Assembly: GCA_963824385.1 (NCBI GenBank) | Contig: CAWGPD010000001.1 | Span: 64,001-128,000, forward strand | Reading direction: 5' to 3' | Length of the DNA: 64,000 nt | From: an uncultured Nitrososphaerota archaeon | Lineage (GTDB): Archaea > Thermoproteota > Nitrososphaeria > Nitrososphaerales > Nitrosopumilaceae | In this document: piece by piece, positions 45,673-56,300 of the stretch | Position numbering within the stretch: the first letter of the stretch is position 1 | Layout: each line of letters opens with the position of its first letter | Notes under the pieces: model-generated | Told to the model about the DNA's origin: nothing | Database searches by the model: none | Seen by the model: only the letters and a program-made list of their open reading frames with translations | Program-made: the position numbers and the translations under genes

Positions 45673-47294
45673 ATAAAATTTTGTTAGAAAAATATAAAAA
45701 AGACATTCTAGGAAAATTTGAAAATAAGATAGACAAGACATTAGAAAACCATAATGAATTGCATCTCTTCTTGAGAAATGATCAAGACATACCTGAAATT
45801 TGTAATTATATCTACATTGAATTGGGCACACGTCTTGCCACAATGATATGTACCGATGAAAGAAAATTAGGAAATGGTTTTGTAATTCGTCATGTCTTTG
45901 GAAAAGATAACGGCGAAGATGTGTTTATTTTTGTCACTTCAAAGATAGATGAATCCATTTTATCATATCCAAGTATTACCACAACAATTCCTGCTGCAAC
46001 TCTTCATGAACGTGAGATACATGACATGTTTGGAATCATTCCAATCAATAATCCTGATGCCAGACCCCTTGTTTTACATGATCACTGGGACAGAACCATA
46101 TTTCCTCTGAGAAAGGACTTTGGCCTAAACACGAATATCCCAAGACAAAAAGAGGAATACCCATTTCTCAAGGTACACGGAGAAGGAATCTGCGAAATAC
46201 CTGTAGGGCCTGTTCATGCTGGAATCATAGAGCCGGGTCATTTTCGATTTAGTGTAATGGGTGAGAACATAATCAATCTGGAAACACGCCTATTTTACAC
46301 CCACAAGGGAATCGAAAAACTTGCCGAGTCTATGAAAATAGACGATGTTCTGCTTTTAACTGAGCGCATAGCAGGTGATGAATCAGTTGCAAATTCTACT
46401 GCCTTTTGTCAATCAATAGAAAAAATTGCCAACGTTACAATCCCAAGGAGAGCACAGCAGATAAGAACAATCTTTGGAGAATTGGAAAGACTTTACAATC
46501 ACATGGGTTCACTGGCAGGAATTTCAGCAGATGTTGGTTTTCCATTTGGTTCAGCAAGACTCAACATACTCAAAGAGAGATTGATGAAACTAAATGAATT
46601 ACTTAGTGGAAGTAGAATTCTTTTCGGTGTAAACAGAATTGGAGGAGTAAGATGCGATATTACAGATGAAAGTAAACAAACAATTACAGAATCCACAGAA
46701 TCCATTTTATCTGACTTTGAAAATGTTGTAACACTTCTCAAATCAAAATCATCTTTTATTGACAGACTAAAAGATACTGGAATGATATCAAAACAATTTG
46801 CACATGATCTTGGACTGGTCGGAGTTGCTGCAAGATGTATCGGAATAGATGTAGATACAAGACGCGATCACCCCTACTCTGCATATTTACTGCATAGAAA
46901 AGAAACCCCGCAAGAAGTAATGCAACGAGAGATATCAATGCAAAAAAGAAATGGGGATGTTTTGACAAGATTTGAAGTCAGAGTGCAAGAGGTACGAGAA
47001 TCAGTTGATATCATAGGAGCATCTCTTGATTTAGAAAATGATAATTTGTATGTCAATATACAGCAAAATCTAGAACCATTCAGATCCGCTCTTGGGTATG
47101 TAGAATCACACAGGGGACAAACAGTTCACTGGGTTATGACAGGTGAGAAGAATTCCATATTCAGATACAAGATAAGAACGGCCTCATTTTTCAACTGGCC
47201 AATAATTGAGCAGGCTGTGTTAAACGATATTGTTCCTGATTTTCCTCTAGTCAACAAAAGTCTAGACTTGTCATATTCGGGGAATGACCTATGA
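45669..47294 (+). CDS. hyfG: HyfG/HycE-like large subunit (NuoC+D), lacking NiFe-binding cysteines (Ehr type)
   Basis: GPVHAGIIEPGHFRF, HKGIEK; RIAGDE in place of RxCGxC; C-terminal DFPLVNKSLDLSYSGNDL in place of DPCxxC. Confidence 0.88.
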   Translation: MNKILLEKYKKDILGKFENKIDKTLENHNELHLFLRNDQDIPEICNYIYIELGTRLATMICTDERKLGNGFVIRHVFGKDNGEDVFIFVTSKIDESILSYPSITTTIPAATLHEREIHDMFGIIPINNPDARPLVLHDHWDRTIFPLRKDFGLNTNIPRQKEEYPFLKVHGEGICEIPVGPVHAGIIEPGHFRFSVMGENIINLETRLFYTHKGIEKLAESMKIDDVLLLTERIAGDESVANSTAFCQSIEKIANVTIPRRAQQIRTIFGELERLYNHMGSLAGISADVGFPFGSARLNILKERLMKLNELLSGSRILFGVNRIGGVRCDITDESKQTITESTESILSDFENVVTLLKSKSSFIDRLKDTGMISKQFAHDLGLVGVAARCIGIDVDTRRDHPYSAYLLHRKETPQEVMQREISMQKRNGDVLTRFEVRVQEVRESVDIIGASLDLENDNLYVNIQQNLEPFRSALGYVESHRGQTVHWVMTGEKNSIFRYKIRTASFFNWPIIEQAVLNDIVPDFPLVNKSLDLSYSGNDL

Positions 47295-48095
47295 AGAAAA
47301 AATCAGATAAGGAAATACTTGGAAATGGCATTGAAACAGTTAGGCATATTGACGAACAGTTCATTTCATCAAATTATAGGGGTAGTATTTCATTTAATGC
47401 CGAGTCTTTCAAAGGAAATGAAGAATCCATTTTAGATTCATGCCCCACAAGAGCATTATCTGCCACCAAGGATAATCAACATGCAATAATCGCAGTAGAC
47501 CATGGCAAGTGTATAATGTGTGGACATTGTAATCAGGTAGCACCAGAATTTATTACGATTAAAAATAAACCTGCGGCACCTACTAAAATCAAAAAACAGT
47601 TATCAGAATATTCTAATTCTCAGGTTCAATCTGAAAAATCATTTGAGGAGATTGGAAAGGAACTCAGAGAAAAAATAAAAAAAATGTTTGGACGTTCACT
47701 GGCCATACGTGAAATTGATGCAGGCTCATGCAATGGCTGTGAAATAGAAATCACTGCTCTGAATAATCCAACATATGACATTGAAAGATTTGGAATTCAT
47801 TTTGTTGCATCACCAAGACATGCAGATGTCTTGCTTGTTACAGGGCCAGCTTCAAAAAATATGGAACTTGCTCTACGCAGAACATATGAAGCAACACCTA
47901 GCCCCAAAATCGTAATTGCAGTTGGTGCATGTGGATGTAGTGGAGGAATATTCGGCGATACATATGCAACAACAGGGGGCATTGACAAGATAATTCCTGT
48001 CGATGTGTACATTCCCGGATGTCCTCCAAGACCAGAAGTGTTGATTCAAGGATTGTTGTTAGTCTGTTGATAGGATGACTGTAAATGGGGAGTAA
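47291..48095 (+). CDS. hyfI: HyfI/NuoB-like small subunit with N-terminal ferredoxin domain (apparent frameshift at ~48063)
   Basis: CPT and CIMCGHC; GSCNGCE, SPRHAD, GAC, IPGCPP. Confidence 0.88.
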
Positions 48096-48240
48096 GGAGA
48101 TTTACTGTTCAACATGTAAGAAAAATCTAGGCAAGTATAATGAGAAATATTTTTCTGATGAAAAATTAAATTCAATTATTGCTACCAATCATACTCAGTG
48201 CATACGCGAAGGTCATAATGTGGTAATTTTAAGACCATAG
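48085..48240 (+). CDS. Zn-finger-like microprotein (51 aa) at the end of the hyf operon
   Basis: Manual translation MGSKEIYCSTCKKNLGKYNEKYFSDEKLNSIIATNHTQCIREGHNVVILRP. Confidence 0.6.
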   Translation: MGSKEIYCSTCKKNLGKYNEKYFSDEKLNSIIATNHTQCIREGHNVVILRP

Positions 48241-48412
48241 GGAGTACAAGGTAGTTTTAATGAAAGCGAACAACTGTGATGACCCTTTAAAGTGGGTTTT
48301 CCACCAGAATTCCACAAATCATGCCTAAGCGTGCCTATTTGATCAATAAGATATTAAGACTTTTAGACAAAATGCTTATTAATAATTTTAGAGGGAAAAT
48401 CATTAGATAAGT

Positions 48413-48475
48413 ATGAAAAAAGTAGATTCGACAAGCATTTCAAGTATTTTGTTGCTAGTCGAGGTTATGCTGTAA
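48413..48475 (+). promoter_or_regulatory. Candidate ilv leader peptide (uORF) MKKVDSTSISSILLLVEVML
   Basis: 20-codon ORF with 9 Ile/Leu/Val codons, ~30 nt downstream of TATA-like TTATTAAT (48376-83), followed by hairpins ending at the ilvB ATG. Confidence 0.55.
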
Positions 48476-48504
48476 AATACAGCAATTTTCGGAGATAGAA
48501 AATT

Positions 48505-50194
48505 ATGGAAAAAATTTCAGGTGCAAGGTCTTTGATGATCGCTTTGGAAAAAGAGGGCGTCGATATTGCCTTCGGACTACCGGGAGGTGCAAACTTGCCA
48601 ATATACGACGAACTTTACAAAAGCAACATACGACATATTCTAGTAAGACATGAACAGTCTGCGTCACACATGGCAGATGGATATGGCAGAGTAAGTAGAA
48701 GACCAGGAGTATGTTTTGCAACATCAGGTCCAGGTGCAACGAACATTGTTACAGGAATTGCAACAGCTCAGGCAGACTCCTCTCCAATGGTTGCAATCAC
48801 AGGTCAAGTTCCTTCAAAAATGATTGGTCGTGACGCATTTCAAGAAAGTGACATCATAGGAATTACAAACCCCATTGTAAAATATGCATTTCAGCCAATG
48901 ACTCCTGGAGAAATTCCAGAAGTAGTAAAGAAGGCATTCTATATCGCATCAACTGGAAGACCTGGTCCTGTTTTAATAGACATCCCAAAAGATGTGCAAC
49001 AAAACGAAGCAGAGATTCAATTCCCTTCCGAAGTTAAAATTAGAGGATATCATCCATGGGTAGATCCTGACATAAGAGAAATTGAAAGGGCAACTGAGAT
49101 GTTACTATCTGCAGAAAGACCAATTATTCTTGCAGGTGGAGGAGTCATAATTTCAAGTGCATTTGCAGAACTTCAATCAATTGCAGAATTACTCATGATA
49201 CCGGTTGTAACAACTTTCAAAGGAAAGGGTTCATTTCCAGAAAATCATCCACTTTCACTTGGACCAATTGGAATGCACGGTCATGCAGAAGCAAATAAGA
49301 TGATGACAGAAGCTGACTGTGTGCTAGCTTGTGGTTCCAGATTTTCAGACAGGTCAGTTGGTACATTTGAAGAATTTGAGAGAAATTTGAAGATAATACA
49401 CATGGATGTAGATCCTGCAGAGATTGGAAAGAATCAGACTACAAACGTAGCAGTTGTTGGAGATGTAAAGACATCACTTAGAATCATGGTAAAGATGCTA
49501 ATTCAAAAGGCTATCAAACGAAATGGAGAAAGCGCATGGGCAAAAAGAGTTAAAGAAACTAAAGAATACTATAGAGAAAACATCAAGATTCACCCACATC
49601 CATTAGCAGCCTCCAAAGTTCTCAAAAAGTTAAGAGAGGTTCTTCCTGGTCAGTCTATTGTTACTACCGAAGTAGGTCAACATCAGATGTGGGCATCATT
49701 ATTCTTTGATGTCATACACCCAGGGACATTTTTTAGCTCTACAGGTCTTGGGACGATGGGGTGGGGATTCCCAGCAGCAATAGGTGCAAAAGCTGCAAGA
49801 CCAGATGTTCCAGTTTTAGACATTGCAGGAGAAGGAAGTTTTAACATGACAGAAAATTCACTTGCAGTATCAGTATTAGATGATCTTCCAGTAATTGTAT
49901 TCTTACTAAATAATTTCTCACTTGGTATGGTAGCCCAATGGCAGAGAACATTTTATGATAGAAGAATGATAGGAATCGACCTTAAGAATTGTCCAGATTA
50001 TGTCAAAGTAGCAGAAGCATACGGTGCACAAGGAATCAGAGTCGACTACAATTGACGAGATTGGAAAAGCAGTCCAGACAGCATTAAAGAGTAACATTAC
50101 AACTGTCATAGACATACCAATTGATCCACTAGAAGACGTATTACCATTTGTAGCACCTGGAACATCTCTCAAGGACATGATCTTACCATCATAG
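48505..50194 (+). CDS. ilvB: Acetolactate synthase large subunit (apparent frameshift at ~50045)
   Basis: RHEQ, TSGPGATN, DAFQE, GRPGPV, GQHQMW, GEGSF...NN; the tail IDEIGKAV...PFVAPG is in another frame. Confidence 0.95.
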
Positions 50195-50203
50195 TGAAAT
50201 AAC

Positions 50204-50695
50204 ATGTGGTCAATTATTTCCGTTCTAGTAGAAAACAAGCCAGGTGTCTTGTTCAAGATTACAAACTTGTTTAGATCAAGAAACTATAACATTGACAGCA
50301 TATCAGTAGGGATAACTGAAAATCCCGAAGTCTCTAGAATGACAATTACTACAGAAGCAGATGAAAAACAGCTAAATCAAATAATAAAACAACTAGACAA
50401 ATTGATTGATACAATAGAAGTAAAACTATTAGATGAGAAGAAGAGCATATACCGAGAACTTGTCATGATGAAGATCAAAGTAACAAAACCAACTGACATC
50501 AAAGAGATAACAGACCTTGCAAACGCCTTCAAGTGTGACGTTCATGATGTAAGAAAGTCTTCCATCATATTAGAGATAACTGCAACGCCAGATAGAATTA
50601 ATGCCCTTGAAGACCTTGTCAGAGGATATGGAATACTTGAAATGGCAAGAACTGGAATATGTGCATTAGCAAGAGGAGAAAGAAATGAAGGTTAG
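50204..50695 (+). CDS. ilvN: Acetolactate synthase small subunit
   Basis: VENKPGVL, NIDSISVG, SRMTI, RELV, EMARTG. Confidence 0.95.
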   Translation: MWSIISVLVENKPGVLFKITNLFRSRNYNIDSISVGITENPEVSRMTITTEADEKQLNQIIKQLDKLIDTIEVKLLDEKKSIYRELVMMKIKVTKPTDIKEITDLANAFKCDVHDVRKSSIILEITATPDRINALEDLVRGYGILEMARTGICALARGERNEG

Positions 50696-52208
50696 AATTT
50701 TTGATACCACATTAAGAGATGGAGAGCAGACACCGGGCATAGCCTTGACTCCAGATCAAAAACTTACCATAGCACAAAAATTAGATGATCTAGGTGTTGA
50801 TGCAATAGAAGCAGGTTTTCCAATTGTTTCAGAAGGAGAGATGACAGCAATTAGATCAATAACAGGCGCAGGATTGAAAGCAGAGATTTGCGGACTAGCG
50901 CGAACAGAGAAAAAAGACATTGATGTAGCTGTAGCAGTTGGGTTAAAGTACATCCACACATTCATTGCAACTTCAGACATACATCTCAAGTACAAGCTAA
51001 AATTAACTAGAGAGCAAGCATTAGAAAAAGCAGTTGAAGCAGTCCAGTATGCCAAGTCACTTGGATTACAAGTTGAATTCTCTGCAGAAGATGCTACAAG
51101 GACTGATAGAGAATTTCTAAAAAAAGTATTCAAAGCAGTAACAGAAGCAGGCGCAGACAGATTAGACATTCCAGATACGGTGGGATATTCCACTCCACAA
51201 TATATTGCCGAAATTACAAGAGATACAATTGATGCAACACATCTACCAGTAAGTGTTCACTGTCACAATGATTTTGGTCTAGCTGTTGCAAATGCATTGT
51301 CTGCGATACAAGCTGGTGCAAAATGTGCACATGTTACAATCAATGGAATAGGAGAAAGAGCAGGTAATGCGTCTTTAGAAGAACTAGTAATGGGATTACA
51401 ATGCCTCCAATGGGATAAGGACAGAAAATTTGAGACAAATATTAACACCAAACTTCTTTACGAGACTTCACGATTCATCTCAAAGATAGTAGGAGTACAG
51501 GTTCAGCCAAACAAGGCAATTGTGGGAGAAAATGCATTTGGTCATGAATCTGGAATTCATACACATGGAGTATTGAGCAATCCGTTAACCTACGAACCAA
51601 TCAGTCCTGAACTTGTGGGTAGAACAAGATGGTTCCAAGTAGGAAAACACGCAGGAGCACATGGAGTTTCTGCCATGCTTGAAGAATATGGAATCCAACC
51701 TTCAAAAGAGCAGACGCATGAAATTTTAGAGAAGATCAAAAAGCTTGGAGACCTAGGAAAACATGTAACAGATGTTGAGCTTTTAGGAATTGCCGGAGAG
51801 GTAATGCAACAACAGGGATTAAAGAGACTAGTCCACCTCGTAGGTTTTTCAGTATCAACGGGAATTGGAAATATGCCATATGCATTTGTAAAGTTAAACA
51901 TTGAAGGAAAGGACTTTATCAGTACAGATTACGGGGTAGGCCCAGTAGATGCGTCAATAAACGCAATACAGAAAATTACTGGGGAAATATCCAAAGTCAG
52001 GGTAAAAGATTACAAGTGAGATTCAATCTCGGGAGGTTCAGAGGCATTATGTGAAGTTACCATCAAAGTTGAAGACGCATATGGAAACCAAGCCTCTGCA
52101 AAATCAGTAGGAGAAGATATTGTAATTACAAGTGTACAAGCAGTAATAGATGGCATAAATAGAATAATGCTTAAAAAAATTCTTAAACAAAAAAACTTGG
52201 GACAGTAA
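50685..52208 (+). CDS. leuA: 2-isopropylmalate synthase (LeuA/CimA family); in-frame TGA at 52017-19
   Basis: DTTLRDGEQ, HCHND, GERAGNA, HESGIH; the regulatory domain continues in frame after the TGA (DSISGGSEALCEV...) to TAA 52208. Confidence 0.88.
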
Positions 52209-53225
52209 ATGTACAAAATATCACTTATCACCGGAGACGGAATAGGTCCAGAATTATCAGAATCAGTTATCGAAGTATTGAATGCAGTAAATGACAAATT
52301 TGGAGTAAAGTTAGATATTACAAAATTACAAGCAGGTGATACAGCACTCAAAAAAACAGGAAAGGCACTTCCAGATGAAACATTAGATGCAATAAAAAAG
52401 TCTGATGCATGTCTCAAGGCACCTGTTGGTGAAAGCGCCGCAGATGTGATTGTGGTATTGCGAAGAATGTTAGACCTTTATGCAAACATCAGACCTGCCA
52501 AGTCTTATCCAAACATGCCAGCATTAAAGCAAAACATAGACATGATAATAGTAAGAGAAAATACGGAGGACCTATACACAGGTATGGAATTTGACCTTGG
52601 AGAGACATCTGTTGCATTACGTACAATCTCAAAGAGAGCATCAGAGAGAATTGCAAAATATGCATTCATGACAGCAGAGCAGCGAAATGGAAAGAAAAAG
52701 GTAACATGTGTACACAAATCAAATGTGATGAAAAAGACAGACGGTTTGTTTTCAAGGTCATGCCAGGAAGTGGCAAATAACTATCCTAAAATTTCATTTG
52801 AGCAGATGTATGTAGATGCATGTGCCATGAATCTAATAAGACAGCCAGAGGATTTTGACGTTATAGTAACTACCAATTTGTTTGGGGACATTTTATCAGA
52901 TGAGGCATCACAGGTTGTAGGAGGATTGGGAATGGCACCGGCAGCAAACATTGGAGACAAATTTGCATTATTTGAGCCAGTTCATGGCGCAGCATTTGAC
53001 ATAGCAGGAAAACAAGTTGCAAATCCATCCTCGTTTATTTTATCTGCAAAGATGATGTTTGAGTGGCTTGGAATGAAAAATAATGACAAGGCATGTTATG
53101 ATATAGCAAAAAAGATAGAAGATGCAGTATATGGAATTGTCAAAGAAGGAATCAAGACAAAAGATATTGGCGGTAACAAGAGCACTGTGGAATTTACACA
53201 GAGTGTAATATCAAAAATTACTTGA
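52209..53225 (+). CDS. leuB: 3-isopropylmalate dehydrogenase
   Basis: GDGIGPE, RENTEDLY, HKSNV, NLFGDILSD, EPVHGAAFD; follows leuA. Confidence 0.88.
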   Translation: MYKISLITGDGIGPELSESVIEVLNAVNDKFGVKLDITKLQAGDTALKKTGKALPDETLDAIKKSDACLKAPVGESAADVIVVLRRMLDLYANIRPAKSYPNMPALKQNIDMIIVRENTEDLYTGMEFDLGETSVALRTISKRASERIAKYAFMTAEQRNGKKKVTCVHKSNVMKKTDGLFSRSCQEVANNYPKISFEQMYVDACAMNLIRQPEDFDVIVTTNLFGDILSDEASQVVGGLGMAPAANIGDKFALFEPVHGAAFDIAGKQVANPSSFILSAKMMFEWLGMKNNDKACYDIAKKIEDAVYGIVKEGIKTKDIGGNKSTVEFTQSVISKIT

Positions 53226-53559
53226 CGTCAGACGCAGGTGGTTCTCTTGACCAAAAGAACATTGCAAGACTAATTGGAACCATAATCATTATTGCAACTC
53301 CTAATGAAATCCAATAAAATGCAGGATCAATTCCTTTGATAAAAGGAACTGGAAATACGGTATACGCCCAGACAAACGCAATAAATCCTAAGAGTACTTT
53401 ATTTTTTTTAAAAATACGCCATCCAAGTTTTCTTTTTGCTATATAGCAACGCTTGCATCTAGTCCTGTCATCAGTCATGCATGAAGTGCAACAGTGTTTT
53501 TCACAAAAGTAGCATGTTCTATCACCAAATTCAGAACCGCAAAAATCACATTGTCGCAC
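53218..53559 (-). CDS. Cys-rich zinc-finger membrane protein
   Basis: CDFC..CYFC..CCTSC..CKRC plus two TM helices. Confidence 0.75.
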   Translation of the reverse strand: MRQCDFCGSEFGDRTCYFCEKHCCTSCMTDDRTRCKRCYIAKRKLGWRIFKKNKVLLGFIAFVWAYTVFPVPFIKGIDPAFYWISLGVAIMIMVPISLAMFFWSREPPASDVK

Positions 53560-53657
53560 AATTCACCTGTATGTGATCAAAATTTATCTTTTTATGAGTA
53601 CATTTTGTACACGGATAATTCTGTGATAGTATTTGAACCACGAGACATCTAGCAATA

Positions 53658-54967
53658 CTACCTTGTAGGGAAGTGATGTATGTTATGTTGGTGATGTGGT
53701 ACATGTATTGGGTGACCACTAGTCTCAACTACAAGATCTGCAAACCATGTGGATCCAGGCACTCCAAGTGCCTCATTATTTACCACATTGTTCATGAATT
53801 GATCATTTATGCTAGTCACATTTGCATTAGATGAATAGTCTGTGACTAACAATCCTACAGGATTATTCTGGAAGAAGTTATTTGTGCTCGTTCCGTTGAA
53901 GCTGTCAAAGACAACCCCATAGCCATAGTTTTTCAGAAAGACATTATTACTTGCATCATTATTTGCTGACAATGTATTGTCACCTCCTACCCACATTCCA
54001 ATGTCACTGAGTGACACTGCATTGTTTGATATTACTACACCAGGTGCATCAAATAACAATATACCAGTTGCCTGATAAAGGGAGGTGAAGTAGTCTTCAG
54101 TATCAGATGCAGTCTGAATAACTATCACCGCTTATCTGACTGTTCTCTATTGTTCCTGTTGCACCATATGCTATCTGGACACCATTTTGTGCCGTAAGAG
54201 TGGTCTGTCCAATGCCTGCTACAACATCATTAGAAACATCACATGAGGTACCAGCATCATTACATGTTATTCCATTTTTTTGATAATTAGTTATGCTACT
54301 ATCCTTAATCAGTACATTTGAGTTTAGACCTGTTGCGGTCTGTACAAATATTCCAAGACCCGCGTCATCCTGACATCCAAATAATGCCTGGTTGCTTTCA
54401 ACATCAAGGCTAACAACATCATCAATTGTTCCAGATGCACTCTGGAACATAATCCCTACAGGTTCAGGATTACTTGCATCCAAACCACAGTCAGTTAGTT
54501 TGCTTCCAATTATGTTACCATTTACCTCAAGATTTTGTATGGTTACACCAGTCAAGCCTGCTGATCCTCCTTGTACAAGTATTATAGGAGCACTGAGATT
54601 ATGCGAATTATCAATATCTGAAGTTGTTGACACAAGATTTGTTGGCTCCAATATTGCAATATCATTCAAGTTATGCGATTCACCGTTTTGTATTGCATGC
54701 CCAACGCCCTCCAATGTCAAAGGCTTGGTTATCACAATATTTTCATGATATACAGTCTGCATCTAGACATATTGTAGAACCAGAGGCAGAAGCATCTATT
54801 GCAGATTGAATTGCATTATCTCCAACATTTTCTCCGTTTATTGTAACTGTGCAGTGTTGATTCAGAGTAATGTTATCAGGGTCATTTGTCGCAAAGGCAA
54901 CACTGCCAAAAAGTAATGAACTGATTGCAAATATGCTTAATATCGATAGAAACGCCTGCAAATTCAC
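53658..54967 (-). CDS. Secreted right-handed parallel beta-helix protein (apparent frameshifts at ~54113 and ~54756)
   Basis: Signal peptide, IQSAID...YHENIVITKPLTLEG, Asn/Gly ladders (YQKNGI, AQNGVQI); three ORF fragments rejoin by 1-nt removals. Confidence 0.78.
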
Positions 54968-55000
54968 TGACGAATAGTTCTTCTACAACTTATTATAGAT

Positions 55001-56290
55001 TTATGGGAATAGTCTTTCAGGATCACGAGGATATAGTACAACCTCTCTAACATTGTCAATCTGCGTTAAAACAGCCATCAGCCTATCCAAGCCTAATCCC
55101 CAACCAGAATGAGGTGGCATCCCCCAGTCAAATGCTTTCAAGTGGTCTTCAAATTGTACAGGATCTAGTCCTTGTTCTACCAGTCTAGATCTTATCTTGG
55201 CAGGATCATGTAGTCTTCTACCTCCAGAAGACAATTCAAGATATCCAAATTGGAGATCAAATGATTTTGAAGTTGTAGGATCATCTTCTTTTTCATGGAT
55301 GTAAAACGGTTTTAGTTTAAGTGGCCAATCAGTCAAAAAGTAAAATCCAGGATGAATCTCACCAAGTTTTCTCAGATGCGAGTCAAGTAAATCATCCCCA
55401 AATGTAAGACCAAGTCCTTGTTTTCCAAGATCTTCAATTGCTTGTCTGTATGTCACCCTATCAAAAGGTGTTTTTGGCGTTTTAATTTCAATTCCCAAAT
55501 TCTTTTGTTCTTCAGTACAGTTTTTTTCTACATACTCAAAAACAGATACAACTAGTTTTTCTAAAATTTCCATAACATCGGTATAATCCATAAATGCAGA
55601 TTCAATGTCAACGCTTGTAAATTCTGTCAGGTGTCTTACAGTATGAGAGTTTTCAGCTCGATAAAAAGAAGATATTTCAAATATTCTCTCAAGTCCAAGT
55701 GTTAGTTGTTCTTTGTAAAGTTGTGGACTCTGTGCAAGATATGCTTGCTTGTCAAAATATTTTAAAGAAAATAAATCAGCTCCACCTTCACTTGCACTTC
55801 CTATAATTTTTGGAGTAGTCACTTCAAGAAAACCAAGTTCGGTCAGTGTCTTGCGTATGGAAAGAAGAACATGATGTCGTATCTTAAAGATGGATGCAGT
55901 TTTTTGGTTGCGAAGATCAAGCGCTCGTGCATTTAACCTGTTATCAATTCCACTTTCTAATCTACCAAGTGGGTCTATTGGTAGAGGATGTATTGCTCTT
56001 GATAAAATCTCAATTTTCTCAGCCTTTATCTCATATGTAAAATCTCGCGCTTTAGATTCTTGTACTGCGCCTGCAATTCTCACAACACTCTGTCTGCTAA
56101 GGTCTTTGACTTGCTGCAGGTTTTCTGGACCTGCAACTACAATCTGCGATACGCCTGTGACATCTCTCAAAGTAAGAAATGTGAGTTTTCCCAATTCTCG
56201 TAAATCTTCCACCCAACCTGCAACTATGACTTTTTGACCTTTCATCGAAGGTCCAAGTGAACCTATATTGTGAGTTTTTGTAATATCCAT
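55001..56290 (-). CDS. aspS: Second aspartyl-tRNA synthetase, probably discriminating
   Basis: GWVEDLR OB fold, LAQSPQLYKE, YRAE, PPHSGWGLGLDRL; no Pro in the anticodon loop (KARD). Confidence 0.93.
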   Translation of the reverse strand: MDITKTHNIGSLGPSMKGQKVIVAGWVEDLRELGKLTFLTLRDVTGVSQIVVAGPENLQQVKDLSRQSVVRIAGAVQESKARDFTYEIKAEKIEILSRAIHPLPIDPLGRLESGIDNRLNARALDLRNQKTASIFKIRHHVLLSIRKTLTELGFLEVTTPKIIGSASEGGADLFSLKYFDKQAYLAQSPQLYKEQLTLGLERIFEISSFYRAENSHTVRHLTEFTSVDIESAFMDYTDVMEILEKLVVSVFEYVEKNCTEEQKNLGIEIKTPKTPFDRVTYRQAIEDLGKQGLGLTFGDDLLDSHLRKLGEIHPGFYFLTDWPLKLKPFYIHEKEDDPTTSKSFDLQFGYLELSSGGRRLHDPAKIRSRLVEQGLDPVQFEDHLKAFDWGMPPHSGWGLGLDRLMAVLTQIDNVREVVLYPRDPERLFP

Positions 56291-56300
56291 TAAATCCAGC

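Noticed and set aside
48276..48343. C/D-box sRNA starting at GTGATGA
   Set aside because: No canonical CTGA D or D' boxes at suitable spacing.
52017..52019. In-frame TGA in leuA as selenocysteine/readthrough or a feedback-resistant truncation
   Set aside because: The position corresponds to Leu (DYKLD), not Cys; no SECIS-like structure was seen; it fits the AGCT error pattern.
755..54967. Mass pseudogenisation or programmed frameshifting in gatB, aspS, purP, trpB, pyrG, pepF, pdaD, lsrF, hyfI, ilvB and others
   Set aside because: Essential genes with otherwise intact sequence; lesions are single-base, mostly at AGCT/GATC or homopolymers, and show no slippery-site pattern. Best explained as sequencing error.
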